Assembly (NCBI GenBank): GCA_965603825.1
Contig: CBFDEM010000047.1
Span: 62,001-126,000 of the forward strand
DNA from: Blepharisma stoltei ATCC 30299
Taxonomy: Eukaryota; Protista; Ciliophora
DNA length: 64,000 nt
Reading direction: 5' to 3'
Part shown: one piece after another, positions 48,498 to 61,229 of the stretch
How positions within the stretch are numbered: position 1 is the first letter of the stretch
Layout of the letters: each line of letters opens with the position of its first letter
The notes under the pieces: generated by a model
Seen by the model: the letters and a program-made list of their open reading frames with translations, nothing else
What the model was told of the DNA's origin: nothing
The model's database searches: none
Translations under genes and position numbers: made by a program

Positions 48498-48693
48498 GAT
48501 TTAATAATAAGTTTAAAATGAATCATTAATAAGACAACAAAAGCAAATTATGAGTCTATTTTATAGAGAAAAATAGAAAAAAAATTATAAGTTATATTGA
48601 TAATGAGATATAAATAATTTAAAAGGCCAATATGAAAATACTAATAATTTTTATATTTTCCACATTTTTTTTGGTTTTTGTGTTATAATAAAA

Positions 48694-49020
48694 ATGAACC
48701 AATGGAAAGCAGAATTGATAGGATGTACAAATGCATTTCCAACTTGCTGGGTTGTGTTTCCTGGTAATTGGATCGGATCAGCATTTTTGCAAGGATTGAC
48801 AATATATGAAATGAATGAAGGCAACGGAGGTATAAAAGAATGCTTATTAGGGACTTTTACAGGCTGTTTTGGGCTTGCTATTAACCGTCAGAAAATCAGA
48901 CAGAAATATGAAATTGCAGGAAGCTGCGTAATAGATTGTCTTTTATATAGCTTAGGCTGCAATTGCTGTTTATCTTTACAAGAATTTAGAGAGGTTAGAA
49001 TGCATATAGCAAAGGTATAA
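48694..49020 (+). CDS. PLAC8-family cysteine-rich protein
   Basis: W...LIGC, NRQKIRQKYEIAGSCVIDCL...CNCCLSLQEFRE. Confidence 0.85.
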   Translation: MNQWKAELIGCTNAFPTCWVVFPGNWIGSAFLQGLTIYEMNEGNGGIKECLLGTFTGCFGLAINRQKIRQKYEIAGSCVIDCLLYSLGCNCCLSLQEFREVRMHIAKV

Positions 49021-49473
49021 TTAAAATAATAGATAGTAAGTATAAAAATTAGCAGTTTTAAAAGCAATGGAAGATAAATTACCATATTGATCAGAATATA
49101 GTTAAAATGGAAAACATGAAAAATTGTGAGGTATTGAATATTATGCAGGAGATCATCTGTAAAAATCTAATTGATTTTAAAAACTCTAAGAAACTCGAAA
49201 TTTCCACAGTCAAATATACTAATCATCTTTAAAATTCAAATTTTTTAACTCTTATGATTTTCCATTATAATTAAGTATCATCTTTACTTATATTTTCAAA
49301 TCTATTTAGTCTAAGACATAGCAATTATTATATAATTAAAATTCTTATATAGTCTTAATTTTATATCTGATTTTTTTAAAATACCGACATTCTATTCAGA
49401 TTAATAATCTGCTTTCTGATCAGATAATTTTTATCCATTAACAAATTTTTTTCAATAGAACCCAATAATAAAT

Positions 49474-50589
49474 ATGAAATCAATCTTGATAATCCTCCTT
49501 TGTACAGTCGCTTTTGGCTTAGAATACCAATCATGCAGCACCGTTAGCTGTGGTACCGGAGCAAATAATCAATGTATATCTGTTTATACAAACAACAAGA
49601 CTACAATAGTAACACCATGCTCAGCCAATCAAACATGTGCTGATAATGGCCAATTTTCAGGCACAACAGGGAACTGGGCAGCAGCAAACTGCGCAGAAAA
49701 ATCGGCACAACCCAGTCCCTCAATAGACTGCTCTGTAAGCTTAACAACTTTAACAGGGAAGCCTTGCTGTAATGACAATAATTGTAAAAGTGGAAGCTGC
49801 GATAATGGAATTTGTGAAGGACTTTCGAACGGAGCCAATTGTACAGTCGATGAAGAATGCAGGCCAGGGTATTATTGTAAAAGCACTAATTGGACATTCC
49901 CAACTAATGGCACAAATGTGACAAACGAAACAAATCTGACAGGGCTGTGCTCAGACTCTTTATCAAGTGGTGACATCTGCACGTTCCATAATGAGTGTCC
50001 TATAGGATATGGCTGCAACAATTCTACCTGCACTCAGCTTTTTTCACAAGATATCAATGCCGTCGTGTCTGACAAAAGATTTTGTAAATCAGATTTTATT
50101 AGAAATGGCAAATGTGATGGAATTTATATACGTTCAAATAACACCCGCTTATCGTCCCCATATGCTTGTACGATTGGCCAAAGATGCAATTATGTATATG
50201 CTTCTGATAACGCAGTTGCAGCTGAAGATTGATGCCAATGTGGAGGGGTAAAAAATGATACTGGGTACTGTGGGAGCTTTGGAAATGTCATTGGTTATTG
50301 GGATGAAGTTTTCCCGAAGCTTCAATATAGCCGTTCTGATTGTTCAGGAAATTATTCACACACTGATAATTTCGCTGAACTTTTCAATTGCAGCTCACTT
50401 TCGAGTATCGAAGAACAGTATTTAGAAGGAATGAATGAACAAGCCACTTATTGGACTTTATATCAGTCTGGTGCTATAGACAGCTGTGTGAATCAGCTTG
50501 GACTGTTCCCGACCAATGTCACTTTGGGTTCTGATACCAGTGGGGCTATGATGATGGTGATTTCTTCAATCTTATTAATATTTGCGTAA
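49474..50589 (+). CDS. Cysteine-rich secreted, probably GPI-anchored surface protein (371 aa)
   Basis: Signal peptide MKSILIILLCTVAFG, many Cys and N-x-S/T sites; reads through TGA50230 (AED-W-CQCG) to hydrophobic tail SGAMMMVISSILLIFA*. Confidence 0.82.
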
Positions 50590-50609
50590 TAGGATTTATT
50601 AAATAATTA

Positions 50610-51923
50610 TTATTTATTCAAAATTATAGAAGTATCTTGGTCTTTTTGCTCTTCCAAAGATTTTTGTGATTTGGCATGCTTGATAATTCTACCGCATAAT
50701 TTTTCCATTTTATCCATATGATCTGTCAATTTATCAACTTTTTCCTTTATCGCAACTATAAACTCATCCCCAGCGCCACCCATTTCAGTGATATTTTCCC
50801 TGTTTTTCTTTAATTCTACTATTTTTTCTCTTAAAGATTCATAGGAATCTTTTGTGATTTGATGCTTTTTCCCAAGCTTATTTTTGCATCCAAAATAAAT
50901 AAGCCCAGCTTGGATTGTGTCTGCTGCAGCTTGTGCTTTATAAATTGAAGCAAAAGAATTGGATTCGTTAGTAGAAAAACTTGCGTATTTTTGGATAACA
51001 ATGATAAAAAGGGATAAAAATACAGTCCCTAATGAATATCCAATAACTGCCATGGTTCTTCCAAAATAACTTATAGGATAAAAATCCCCATATCCTACAC
51101 TAGACATAGCAGCAAACATACACCAAATCCCACTCAAAGGGTTCTGAAAATCTTGATGAGAAATATCGATCAATGGCCTTTCAAAAATCCTCATAAGGCA
51201 TCCACAAATAATCATAGAAGGTATCACTAACAAAAATAATATCGCAACCATAGGATGCTGGGCAACCAGGCATTTAAATACAAATCTGACATTTGCTTTG
51301 GCATTATTATTTAAACAAAAAGTTCTTGCTAAATGATTTTGATAGGGTGTATAATTGATAATAGCTCTGTATATAAAAATCAGCCTTACAATCATAAAAA
51401 TGTATAATAATTCTGAGAGGTTGTAGCAAATTTCTATTGTTTCGTAATTGTATCTATATGGTAAATATATTGAGGCATTAATGTAAGGATAAGGAAAAAT
51501 AAATAAAAGTATAAATTCAATGGTTCGGCTCATGCTAAAGGTCTTTTTAATTTTCCGCTTAATTACTACTGGAAAATTTCAAACAGTGATTTTGTATTCT
51601 GGCTCTACAGTCATCAAGTATTTATCCAATAAAGCCTTTTTGCTGTCTCTTTGCACTAAGAAAAAGAATGATGCAAATGTAGTCACACATGTCATTTCTC
51701 GAAAATATTCAACGCGGCCTAGATCTTCTTCACAATTATCATGAGTTCGTGTTGGGGAATAGCTGAATTCATAGTCCAATGTAGCCGCAGCAAGTCCAAT
51801 TAAACTAAAAAACCCAGAAAGTAGTTCACAAGATCTCCATTCATTAAAGATTGCTTCTGAAGTGCTGACTCCTTTATTTCCTGATTTTTTAATCAATACG
51901 TCTTTCAACGTATATTTACTCAT
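50610..51923 (-). CDS. Potassium channel, SK/KCNN-like (437 aa)
   Basis: Two track ORFs joined by TGA51579; RIFERP, pore MSSVGYGDFYP, C-terminal coiled coil. Confidence 0.85.
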
Positions 51924-51982
51924 CTTATTGTGACAAAATAATAAATTTTTGGATTTATTAAAAAATGAAATTAAACTAAATA

Positions 51983-54169
51983 TTATCTAACTAAAGTCAC
52001 CAAGTTTCCTGAGTTACTGACCAGAAGTACGTTTAAATCTGCATATGTAGTGATACATTCCTGCAATTCGTCTTGAGAAAACCCTTTGGCTAAGACTCGT
52101 CTTTCAATCCCTGCAATATCTGATGTCGAATTGTCACTCTTTTTGCATTCTTCTTTAATGATTTTGATAATTGCTGAAATCGGGTCAATTCGCTGCTTTG
52201 GTGCATTATCTATGTTGACAGAAGCTCTGGAAGATTCCATTAATCTTAAAGCTTCTTCTATATCGTCTTGGTCGACTGTTTCGCTGAACCTTAATCTTGC
52301 TAGTCCTTGAGCTAAACGGATAATCCCTAGTAAAGTTCTGGGTGTTACATAAACATAGCCAATTTTATTTATATCAGTTTGTTCTAAGCGTTTTTCTACA
52401 TATTTTTGGATAATAAAATTATGCAGACCAGAAGGAATTATCGGCTCCATTCTTTTTGCTTCAGCTATATAGGCCCTCATGAAATTCGCATCCAAAGGCA
52501 CAAAATGGTCTTTTTCTTTCGCTTTAAGATGCTGATGCACAAAGGTGACTGCTTCTGCCAAAGAAAGATCAGATTGAGGATCAGGAGCATCCAGCAGCAA
52601 AAAAACTAGATCAAACCTTGACAGTAGCGCAGCAGGCAGATTAATATTTTCATGAGGAGTTTTTTTTCTATCATATCTTCCATACAGTGGATTTGCAGCT
52701 GCCAATATCGAAGTCCTCGCATTTAACGTTGTCGTAATCCCTGCTTTTGCAATAGACACACTTTGCTGCTCCATAACTTCATGAATTGACGTCCTATCCC
52801 TCTCGTCCATTTTATCAAATTCATCAATACAACAAATCCCTTGGTCAGCCAGGACAAGTGCACCTCCTTCCAAGGTCATTTCTCCTGTAATCGTGTCTTT
52901 TAGCACAGCAGCAGTCAAACCTACCCCTGATGACCCTTTTCCTGTCGTATAAATCCCTCTTGGAGCCAGAACCGAAATATGCTTCAAAAGTTGGCTTTTG
53001 GCGACCCCTGGGTCTCCCATAAGCAAAATATTAATGTCGCCTCTGATTTTCATGCCGTCAGACATTTCTTTGGAAACTCCTCCGACTAATAATAAAAGTA
53101 AAGCTTTTTTGACGTCTTCAAGGCCATGGATTTCAGGGGCGATAGACCTTGATAGCCTTGTATACATGTCTTGGCCTTGTCGCTCACTGTGAATTCTTTC
53201 GACCATTTCAGCACTGAGGGAGGTATCTTTATAAGACTTTTTTTCGCGGGTGATTTTGAAGGCTTCTATATAAGTATCGTGGATAAGCCCAGCTGTGACA
53301 GCTCTGAAGCCAAGATAAGGCATTGTTAGGAGAGGACCTGTAATGGTTACAAGGTCTCCTGGGGTGCATTGTCGGGTGGCTGCACTATAAGCGTAAACTT
53401 TCATAGACCTCGGGACTTGGCCCATTGGAACTTGGTCAGATGGTTCTTGAATACGAATTTCTTGGAATGAGACAAATTTAGAACCTCTGGTTTGATGATG
53501 AAGATTTCCACGAGAATTACTAGCTTTACAAACGTCAGATGTACACTCTACCAACGGTAAATACGACAACCCTCCTACAGTCTTAAACTCTTCATGGCCA
53601 CATACATCACATACAAATGACGCAACAGCCATATGAGGTTTTACCTCAGTCGCCCTTGTAACGACACCTTTAACGGAAATTAAATTTCCAACATTTTTCG
53701 AGTCGACCTTTCTTAATGGGAAAATTGGAAATTTCAGCCCTGGACGATGCGAAATAATAAGGTCATATCTTCTCAGTATTTCTGGAGGCAGCTTATTTTT
53801 GTTGTCATTTGTAAGTCGCTGCTCCAATATAACATCTTGGACTGTTTTAGGGAAATCTCTTGTAGGTGTAGGTAAAATGCTGTCTACGACGTCCATGAAC
53901 AGTTTTTGGTATCTTTTGGTGTTTGCCTTAATGTTCTCGACTAATCTTGCATCTTCGCTTCTTGTTAAAAAGCTTTCTAAATCTTCTAAATATATTTCGA
54001 TCAAACTTCTGTCTCTATCCGCAATTTGTTTTAGTTGGATCAGATAAGGTAAACGACCGAAATTTGGGTCTGGTTCTAAGTCAGGATCAGTGAAAGATTG
54101 AAGGAACTCTGTCAGACTTTTCTTTTCTTCGTCAAAACTAGGCTTCTGCCATTCACGATTTGCCTTCAT
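51983..54169 (-). CDS. MCM7: DNA replication licensing factor MCM7
   Basis: Zn finger CDVC..C..C, IRGDINILLMGDPGVAKSQLL, IDEFDKM, SRFD. First ATG at 54169 (the track start is a TTG). Confidence 0.95.
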   Translation of the reverse strand: MKANREWQKPSFDEEKKSLTEFLQSFTDPDLEPDPNFGRLPYLIQLKQIADRDRSLIEIYLEDLESFLTRSEDARLVENIKANTKRYQKLFMDVVDSILPTPTRDFPKTVQDVILEQRLTNDNKNKLPPEILRRYDLIISHRPGLKFPIFPLRKVDSKNVGNLISVKGVVTRATEVKPHMAVASFVCDVCGHEEFKTVGGLSYLPLVECTSDVCKASNSRGNLHHQTRGSKFVSFQEIRIQEPSDQVPMGQVPRSMKVYAYSAATRQCTPGDLVTITGPLLTMPYLGFRAVTAGLIHDTYIEAFKITREKKSYKDTSLSAEMVERIHSERQGQDMYTRLSRSIAPEIHGLEDVKKALLLLLVGGVSKEMSDGMKIRGDINILLMGDPGVAKSQLLKHISVLAPRGIYTTGKGSSGVGLTAAVLKDTITGEMTLEGGALVLADQGICCIDEFDKMDERDRTSIHEVMEQQSVSIAKAGITTTLNARTSILAAANPLYGRYDRKKTPHENINLPAALLSRFDLVFLLLDAPDPQSDLSLAEAVTFVHQHLKAKEKDHFVPLDANFMRAYIAEAKRMEPIIPSGLHNFIIQKYVEKRLEQTDINKIGYVYVTPRTLLGIIRLAQGLARLRFSETVDQDDIEEALRLMESSRASVNIDNAPKQRIDPISAIIKIIKEECKKSDNSTSDIAGIERRVLAKGFSQDELQECITTYADLNVLLVSNSGNLVTLVR

Positions 54170-54174
54170 TCTTT

Positions 54175-54195
54175 GCGCCAAATTATAAATGGCGC
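54175..54195. promoter_or_regulatory. Inverted pair of E2F-like sites upstream of MCM7
   Basis: GCGCCAAATTATAAATGGCGC; the minus strand contains TTTGGCGC (E2F consensus TTTSSCGC) in AT-rich DNA. Confidence 0.5.
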
Positions 54196-54484
54196 TAGAT
54201 TAGTGTGTTGATCTATTTCTAAGCAATTCTTGCAGTAATTAGGCGAAATCGACAAATTTAAATTAAATATGATATGTAAAACATTTATGTCATAGTGAAA
54301 AATTAATTTGTAGAGAAATTATAAAAACATAAAAAATTAGCTAAACCAATGAATTTTATGAGGTTTGGGTAAAAAAAAGCTTGTTTTCATAATAAACAAT
54401 TTGATTTGCTTACTGTATTATTGATATTTTGCAATATTTTAAAAAATTATTCTATTAAAATCATCAATTAAATATATTAATTAT

Positions 54485-56530
54485 CTACTGTTTTGCAAAA
54501 TGCATCCTTTCATTTCTATTATTGAAATATGCCTCCTTATGTATCTCAGCGACCAGTCCTTGCTTATAGCTCTGCCATTTTTTAAACCCATCATGCAATT
54601 CATCAGTTGTCCATTCTCTTGGACAATCAATTTCATATGTATTTTTCAATAAAGCTTTTAAATACAGCTACATAAACCTTACAATCGAATTTTCTGACAA
54701 TAATCCTAGATGTTTCTGATTTAAAATAAATATTTTCATCCCATGTGAGTTTGAAATTACGCTGAATTTTGCAGGCTCTACATCAATATTATCAACATCG
54801 TCTATATCTTTATTAGGTGTTTTTAATAATATTCTCCCTCCAAAAAAGTCTCCAACCCTTAATATATTAATTTCAAGCCTCTCTTTAAAAATATGATTCT
54901 TTTTGGACAATTCTATCACATTTTCTCCAAAAAATTCTTCAGCTTTTTTTACTTCTTCAGTATCTGACAAATCTATAGCCCTATAAAGCAGTTTTTTCTT
55001 ATAATTTTCTACAGTTTTCCACACAGAATCAGCCCTAACATTCATATCATTATTTCCAGTTAAAAATGGTTTAATAATTTTTGCTTTTAATTTTGGACTT
55101 ACAGCTTCAGTCGGAAATTTCGGTAAACAGCTGTATCCTTCTCAAAATACTGTGCAGATTCCACTATAAATTACATATAAACCTTTAGGCTTCATGCCTT
55201 TTTCCAATATAATTTCATTTAGCCCATAAGTTCGAGGCTCAATATTGGTCGCGAGAGGGATTAGTCCTAAAGCTTCAGTCCCTTCAAAAAGGTTAAGACT
55301 TTTAAAAAAATCAACTTTTATTTGGACACCAACTTGTAATTGTTCTTGAAATATAAGGCGATAATCATCTTTTGGGATTGCTATCATATATGTTTTTTCA
55401 CTAGCAATACAGGATGCAGCTCTTTTAGAGTTATCAGTATTAGTAGCTAATAAAGCCCTTTCCCCAAACGTTTGGCCATCATACATAGAGTGGATTTTTA
55501 TTTCTAAATTCCCAAATTCTGGCGATTTTTTTAAAATATCCACACTTCCATAAATAATCACAAACATGTATTCCCCACTTTCGCCTTGCCTAACTATTGT
55601 TTTCCCAGCTTTATAAGACTTAAATTTGCATTTTTTCAGCAACTCCACACATATTTCTGGCTTGAATTTTCCAAAAAAGCTTAACTTGCTTAAAACACAA
55701 GCAAGTTTAAAGTAATTTCTTTTTTCTGGCTGCTTTAAATACTCTTTTTCAATAAATCTTAAGTCGTCGCAGCTTAATGACCCTTTAAAAATCTCCCCAA
55801 AATCTTTGTCTACCGATATAGTAGGCTCTAATTGGGCATTATAAGCTAATTCTTCATGTATTTTATCCCGAATTTCTTTAATAGACTGCAATTTCAGTTC
55901 TTGAGACATTAATGCTTCTTGCACATAATCAGTGCAAAATTCATCTTTTTCTTGTAAAAGCTTCCTTGTAATATCTTCAGTATTCGTTAAAACCTTTTGG
56001 GTGTTTTCATTTGCATTGAAACTTGAGTCAATTTTTTTGGTCTCGTCAGCTAACTGGTATGATAAATCAATTTCAGTTGGGATCCCTGTAACAAAGCTTT
56101 TTTTAATTATTGGAAGATAAGGCAGCGGATTTGATGTTTTTGATTTCTTAGACCTCCTTATTGTCGAAGATTTTGATGAAGGAGTCACAGTCCCTACCTG
56201 AGGGGTTAAATTAAATGATAGTCTTAGCGTGTTTTTCTTGCTCTCTCATTCTTTAAAAAGGTTTTCGACTTCTTTTGAGCTTGACAGGTTAGATCTGCTT
56301 GTCAGCAGATTTTTGTCAAGAAAAAGGTTGCTGGAGGTTTTTCGAGGGCTGATTTTGGTAGGAGACAGAAGAAACTCGTTTTTACGTTTTAGCCGAGCTG
56401 TTTTTGGAGTTTCTTGTTGGCTGCTGAACCTGAAAGATGTGAGCGGTTTCAGCTTTAAGCTGTCATCTTTAGAATTGTTGCCTTCAATGTAAATAAATTT
56501 GAATTTTGAATTCAGGCTTTTGCTAGACAT
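54485..56530 (-). CDS. Cyclic nucleotide-binding domain protein (two cNMP domains, 676 aa)
   Basis: Three track ORFs joined by two TGA plus a 15-nt intron; IVRQGESGEYMFVIIYG, FGERALL, RAASC. Confidence 0.85.
54668..54682 (-). other. 15-nt spliceosomal intron GTAAGGTTTATGTAG
   Basis: Ends in the in-frame TAG; the frame continues 60 more codons to TAG54485. Confidence 0.85.
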
Positions 56531-56811
56531 ATAAATTTATTTTTGGAAAATTATTGTAAGGAAAGGCATATTTTTTCATTTTTAGATATTTTGGAAGAAT
56601 ATCCACATTAATTAATTGAAAAATTAGAAATACTATAGAAAAAAAACTCTTGTATCAGGAAAAATCCAACACAAATGTTTGCATTCTTATCAATTTCCCC
56701 CTAAAATAATTTATTCAATTTTACAAGCACTTTTTCATTATAATTAATAGTATTTTTCTTCTTCAATTCCACATTATTACATATAATTTTATTAATATTA
56801 ATAATTTTCAG

Positions 56812-57627
56812 ATGGAGACCATTATATTAGAAAGACTTTCAGAGAACATCGCCTTAATAACACTGAACAGACCAAAAATCCTGAATGCTATGAGTAAAAA
56901 GATGTTCGAAGAGTTATCAAACACCATGAACCAACTTTCAGAAGACCCTGATATCCGATGCATTATCCTTAATGCCAATGGTAGAGCCTTTTGTGCAGGG
57001 ATCGACATTAATTATTTAAGAGATTTCTTTGAAGACACCAAAAGAGCTGATACCGGCAGAACTGGGATCCAAATAAGAGAAAAACTCAAAATCTTGCAGA
57101 GCCATGTGACGTCATTAGAAAGATGCACAAAACCAGTCATAGCTGTGACTCATGGACTATGCTTAGGTGCAGGGCTAGATCTAATAACAGCTTGCGATAT
57201 CAGAATTTGTTCAGCAGACACAATTGTTGGGGTTAGAGAAACTCGCATTGGGATGGCAGCTGATATAGGGACTTTACAGAGACTGCAAAAGGTGGTAGGA
57301 AATCAGTCGTGGGTGAGAGAAATGGCTTTTACAGGAAAAGACGTAAAAGCTGTAGAAGCTACAGGCCATGGGCTGTTTTCTAGGTGCCTTGAAAATAAAG
57401 AAAAAGCGTTAGAGGCTGCAAAAGAGCTTGCCAATGAAATTGCAGCTAAAAGTCCAGTAGCTTTGGTTGCTGCTAAAACTTCATTGATTTTTTCAAGAGA
57501 TCACTCAGTTAATGAAGGGCTAGACCACATCGCTAATTATAATGCTTCTGCTTTACAAACTGAAGATCTAGCAAGAGCTATTATGGCAACTATGCAGAAA
57601 ACTAAGCCAGTCTTTCCAAAATTATAG
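56812..57627 (+). CDS. ECH1: Delta(3,5)-Delta(2,4)-dienoyl-CoA isomerase (crotonase family)
   Basis: LNRPKILNAM, FCAGIDI, DLITACDIR, GMAADIGTLQRL; PTS1-like C-terminal PKL. Confidence 0.88.
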   Translation: METIILERLSENIALITLNRPKILNAMSKKMFEELSNTMNQLSEDPDIRCIILNANGRAFCAGIDINYLRDFFEDTKRADTGRTGIQIREKLKILQSHVTSLERCTKPVIAVTHGLCLGAGLDLITACDIRICSADTIVGVRETRIGMAADIGTLQRLQKVVGNQSWVREMAFTGKDVKAVEATGHGLFSRCLENKEKALEAAKELANEIAAKSPVALVAAKTSLIFSRDHSVNEGLDHIANYNASALQTEDLARAIMATMQKTKPVFPKL

Positions 57628-57967
57628 GTTAATATCAAAATTTTTATTCATTAATTTTAATCATAATTTTTGAGGCTAAAACTGCTGTTAGGAGGGCATA
57701 GCCTTGGAGTCTACCATATGAAATTCATAAGAATACAAAGCACTGCTTGATTTCAGTTAAATATAAAAAGATTTAGTTAGCTTATCTTTAACATAGATGA
57801 ATTTTCGGCAAATTCCTCATTTTCTTAAATATTTACTCTTAAAAGACCATAAAGAAAGTTCTAGGCTTATGCTAAAAATTAAGAAGTTTGCTTATTTATA
57901 TATATAAGAGTATCCAGCTTCATAAAATTACGATAATTATTTCTCTCCCTTTAATATTCTATATTTT

Positions 57968-59653
57968 ATGGTCGATCTACTTCTTTTTATCAGCGAAGAT
58001 GCAAAAAATTACAGCGCCCTTCAAGGAATCAGCTCAAAGCATCTAATCGAAAAGAATTTCTCACTAACCTACTCAGAAATTTCTTCCCTTTATGTAGATC
58101 TCAACCAAGAGTTTCAGTCCCAGCCCAACATTGACATCTGAAAAATTTACGCAGCATGCGCTGTAAATTCTATTCTTTATCTCCCCTCCTCCCCTTCTCC
58201 AAGCTCTCAAGAGCCTACATTTACCCCAGAACATGTTAATAATTCTATAAGCTACTTTATGTTTTTATGGGAAAATTATCAATTAGCATTCCCTGACGCC
58301 TATGAGAGGCTGGCCTCAAAAATAACTGAGGCAATAAATAGTTGTGAAGATTTCCAGTTATTATTAAAATGAATTCAACAAGGCGTGTCTTGCAAAGAAA
58401 AATTTAACGTCGATATCAGTACGATAGAAATGTACGGAGCTATAAAATCCAATGCAGAACTAATGAAAAACGCGATCTCAGATGATAAAAATGAAATTTT
58501 AAAAAATTTAGAAAATTTAGTAGCATTAAAAACTTTGAAAATTGATCCTGGGATGAATACAGACTTAATTGTTGGATATGCACTAAAATGGATAGAAGGG
58601 ACTAATGATGTTAATGGAGACCAGAGGATGATAAATCAACAAGTTAATCAAGACCCTGAAACAAGTAGAAGCATGCTGAAAATCATAAAGGGGCTTGAAA
58701 TAACAGACGAAAAATTATTAAGCAGAATAGAATTTATAAAGAAAAAACTCCCAGATGCACCTTCTAATGAAGAAATTGCCTGAATTAACCATCGAAGTCA
58801 GTTAACCATAATAGCCCCAAAATATCTTCATGCTCAAGTTGAGGTATATAAGTGCAGAATTATATGAAAAGGCCAAGAAATAGAAGCTGCAATAAAAACT
58901 TATAAAGATGACAATGGCAAAAGTTGGGAAAGGTGCCAAAAAGAAGCTGAAATTTTATTGAAATTATCGGGGAAATCAAAATATTTTTTAAATTTTTATG
59001 GCTGCTTTGCAGATGAAATAATAGAAAAGGGCCTCAAAAAATACTGCTCAAATATCGTAATGGAATTCTGCCCATGGACACTTACTGAAATAATAGCAAC
59101 TAGACAGAATCAAAATCAAGTATTTACGCCGAAAGAATTATGTTCATTATTCATAGACTTATTAGAAGCTTTTATACACTTAGCAAGCTTAAAAATTTAT
59201 CACCAGGATATAAAGCCAGAAAATATTTTATTCGCTGACGAGAATGGCAGTTTGCAAATAAAAATTGCTGATTTCAATGTTTCAGGACATTCTGACAGAA
59301 TAGAATATACTTCAAGCCCGACTGAGGAACATGGTGTATATGGAACAGTAAGCTTTATGGCTCCAGAAGTAAGAGAACCATACATTAATGGTCAAAAAAC
59401 AGCCAAGTTTAAGCGAGAAAAAGCTGACGTTTTTTCACTTGGGTTGGTATTTTACCTTCTCGCAACTTTTAAAAATATATCAAGATTTAATGAAAATCCT
59501 TATAGGAGAGAAGAAGTGCTTCAGGATATAGAAACTGACTGGATTAAGAATATAATATATAGCATGCTGAATTTTAATTATAGAGAAAGACCTTCATTTA
59601 AAAAAGCACTCTCACAATTGATGAGTGAAACAACAAGGGTAAGAGAAACCTAA
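57968..59653 (+). CDS. Protein kinase with long N-terminal extension (561 aa)
   Basis: Single frame from ATG57968 through four TGA; AAIK, HQDIKPEN, DFN, APE, DVFSLG. Confidence 0.85.
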
Positions 59654-59703
59654 TATTTTTAAAAAATTTATACGATAAGACAGTTTTTTTCTAAACTAAT
59701 TGA

Positions 59704-61065
59704 TTAAGAAATGCTTTGCCAATTTTGGATCATTATTTTTTGAATACAAAGCAAAGCTGCACCATTTACTTCTTTATTAGGGTTCTGCAATAGCTCCATA
59801 GCTCTTATTTTAGCTCCAAGCTTCCCAGCCACAGTCTTCCCATACGGGTGGAATCTTGCAAACTCTCCAATATCTCCTAGCGCCAGTACAACAGTCTGCA
59901 CACTTTCTGAATTTAATAGCTGTACCAGTTTTTTCACAGGCCCAAAGCTATCATTTTCTAAATGTTTTGCATTTTCTTTCCAAAAGGCTTCAGTATGGGT
60001 CACGCCTGGTACTAAATCTCCTCTTTCTACTTCTTTTAGCCACTTTTCAAATGACGAAAACAGCTTGACGCTGCTGGCTAGGACATCTCCTATATCTTTA
60101 ACCAGATCTGTGACGTCTTGGTCTTTTAATATTCTTTTTGACAAATTATCTATAATTTCGACCAATTTATTTTCTATCATAATTTCTATAGTCCCTTCTC
60201 CAGCTGATAGGTTTTTTAAGGTCCCTAAAGCAACTCTGATGACTTTTTCTTTGTCAGTTCTACGGAGCTCTTTGATTATTTTTCCAATTAAATTGTAGTC
60301 ACTTCTGATAAAAAATTCGTAGGAGTCTTCATCAAATGAAAGCATCCATAAGCAGCAAATGGCAGCATAAATAGGCTGGAAAATTCCTGATTTTTGCTCT
60401 AAAAGTGGAACTAAAACAGTCCGGAGTCCTCCAGTTCTTAAAAATTCTCTTCTAATTGCGTCTATCTTGAAGAGAGGCAAAAAGCAATAAGTGGCTTCTT
60501 CTAATGGTAATGAATTTTCCATAGCTTGGTTTATCAAGGAATCCACTAATCTTGTAGCTTGGTTTATATAATCCCCAGGGTTTTCTCTATTTCTTAATAT
60601 AATTTCACTTAAAATTGACGCAAGAATATGGCTAGCTGCTCCTACAATTAATGGGATATTTTTAAAAGTATTTGCAGACCTCACTAATAAAGCCATGACA
60701 TTAAAAGTTTCCCTGCCTGTCGCCAGCTGAACCAAGCTTGCAATTTGACGGCTGTCATCTTGAATAGCACCATCAATAGTAGCCAAAAGACTTTGGGCGA
60801 AAACATCGTCGTCACTTGTAGAGTCTAATAAGGAGAATAAGGTGCGATATATAGGAATTGGGTCTTCTGCGATTCTTTTGCGTTGCTCTTCAAGATTAGA
60901 AATCATAAATGAGGTGTAGATATCAGATTGGCCACGGCCTATAGAGCCTGCGGCTTCAATTTGGTTGACGTTAGGCTTCATATAGATAGACACACTTGAG
61001 TACGCTTCTGGGTGGACGTAAAAGACTATTGAATAAGCCATCAATCTATCTCTAGAGACTGCCAT
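59704..61065 (-). CDS. ATP6V1H: V-type ATPase subunit H
   Basis: KEKVIRVALGTLKNL, FWKENA, DIGEFARFHPYGK, ALLCIQKIM. Confidence 0.92.
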   Translation of the reverse strand: MAVSRDRLMAYSIVFYVHPEAYSSVSIYMKPNVNQIEAAGSIGRGQSDIYTSFMISNLEEQRKRIAEDPIPIYRTLFSLLDSTSDDDVFAQSLLATIDGAIQDDSRQIASLVQLATGRETFNVMALLVRSANTFKNIPLIVGAASHILASILSEIILRNRENPGDYINQATRLVDSLINQAMENSLPLEEATYCFLPLFKIDAIRREFLRTGGLRTVLVPLLEQKSGIFQPIYAAICCLWMLSFDEDSYEFFIRSDYNLIGKIIKELRRTDKEKVIRVALGTLKNLSAGEGTIEIMIENKLVEIIDNLSKRILKDQDVTDLVKDIGDVLASSVKLFSSFEKWLKEVERGDLVPGVTHTEAFWKENAKHLENDSFGPVKKLVQLLNSESVQTVVLALGDIGEFARFHPYGKTVAGKLGAKIRAMELLQNPNKEVNGAALLCIQKIMIQNWQSIS

Positions 61066-61229
61066 AATTTATGTTATTGGCTTAGCTGACATTTTGGAAT
61101 ATTAAAAAGCTAAGATATTATAATTTAAAATTAAATACCAATATTGCTTTTATTTTTAGAAAAAATCATTATATCGACAAGAAATCCTTATTTCTATCCT
61201 TAAAAACAATTTTAAAAATATTTCAATAA

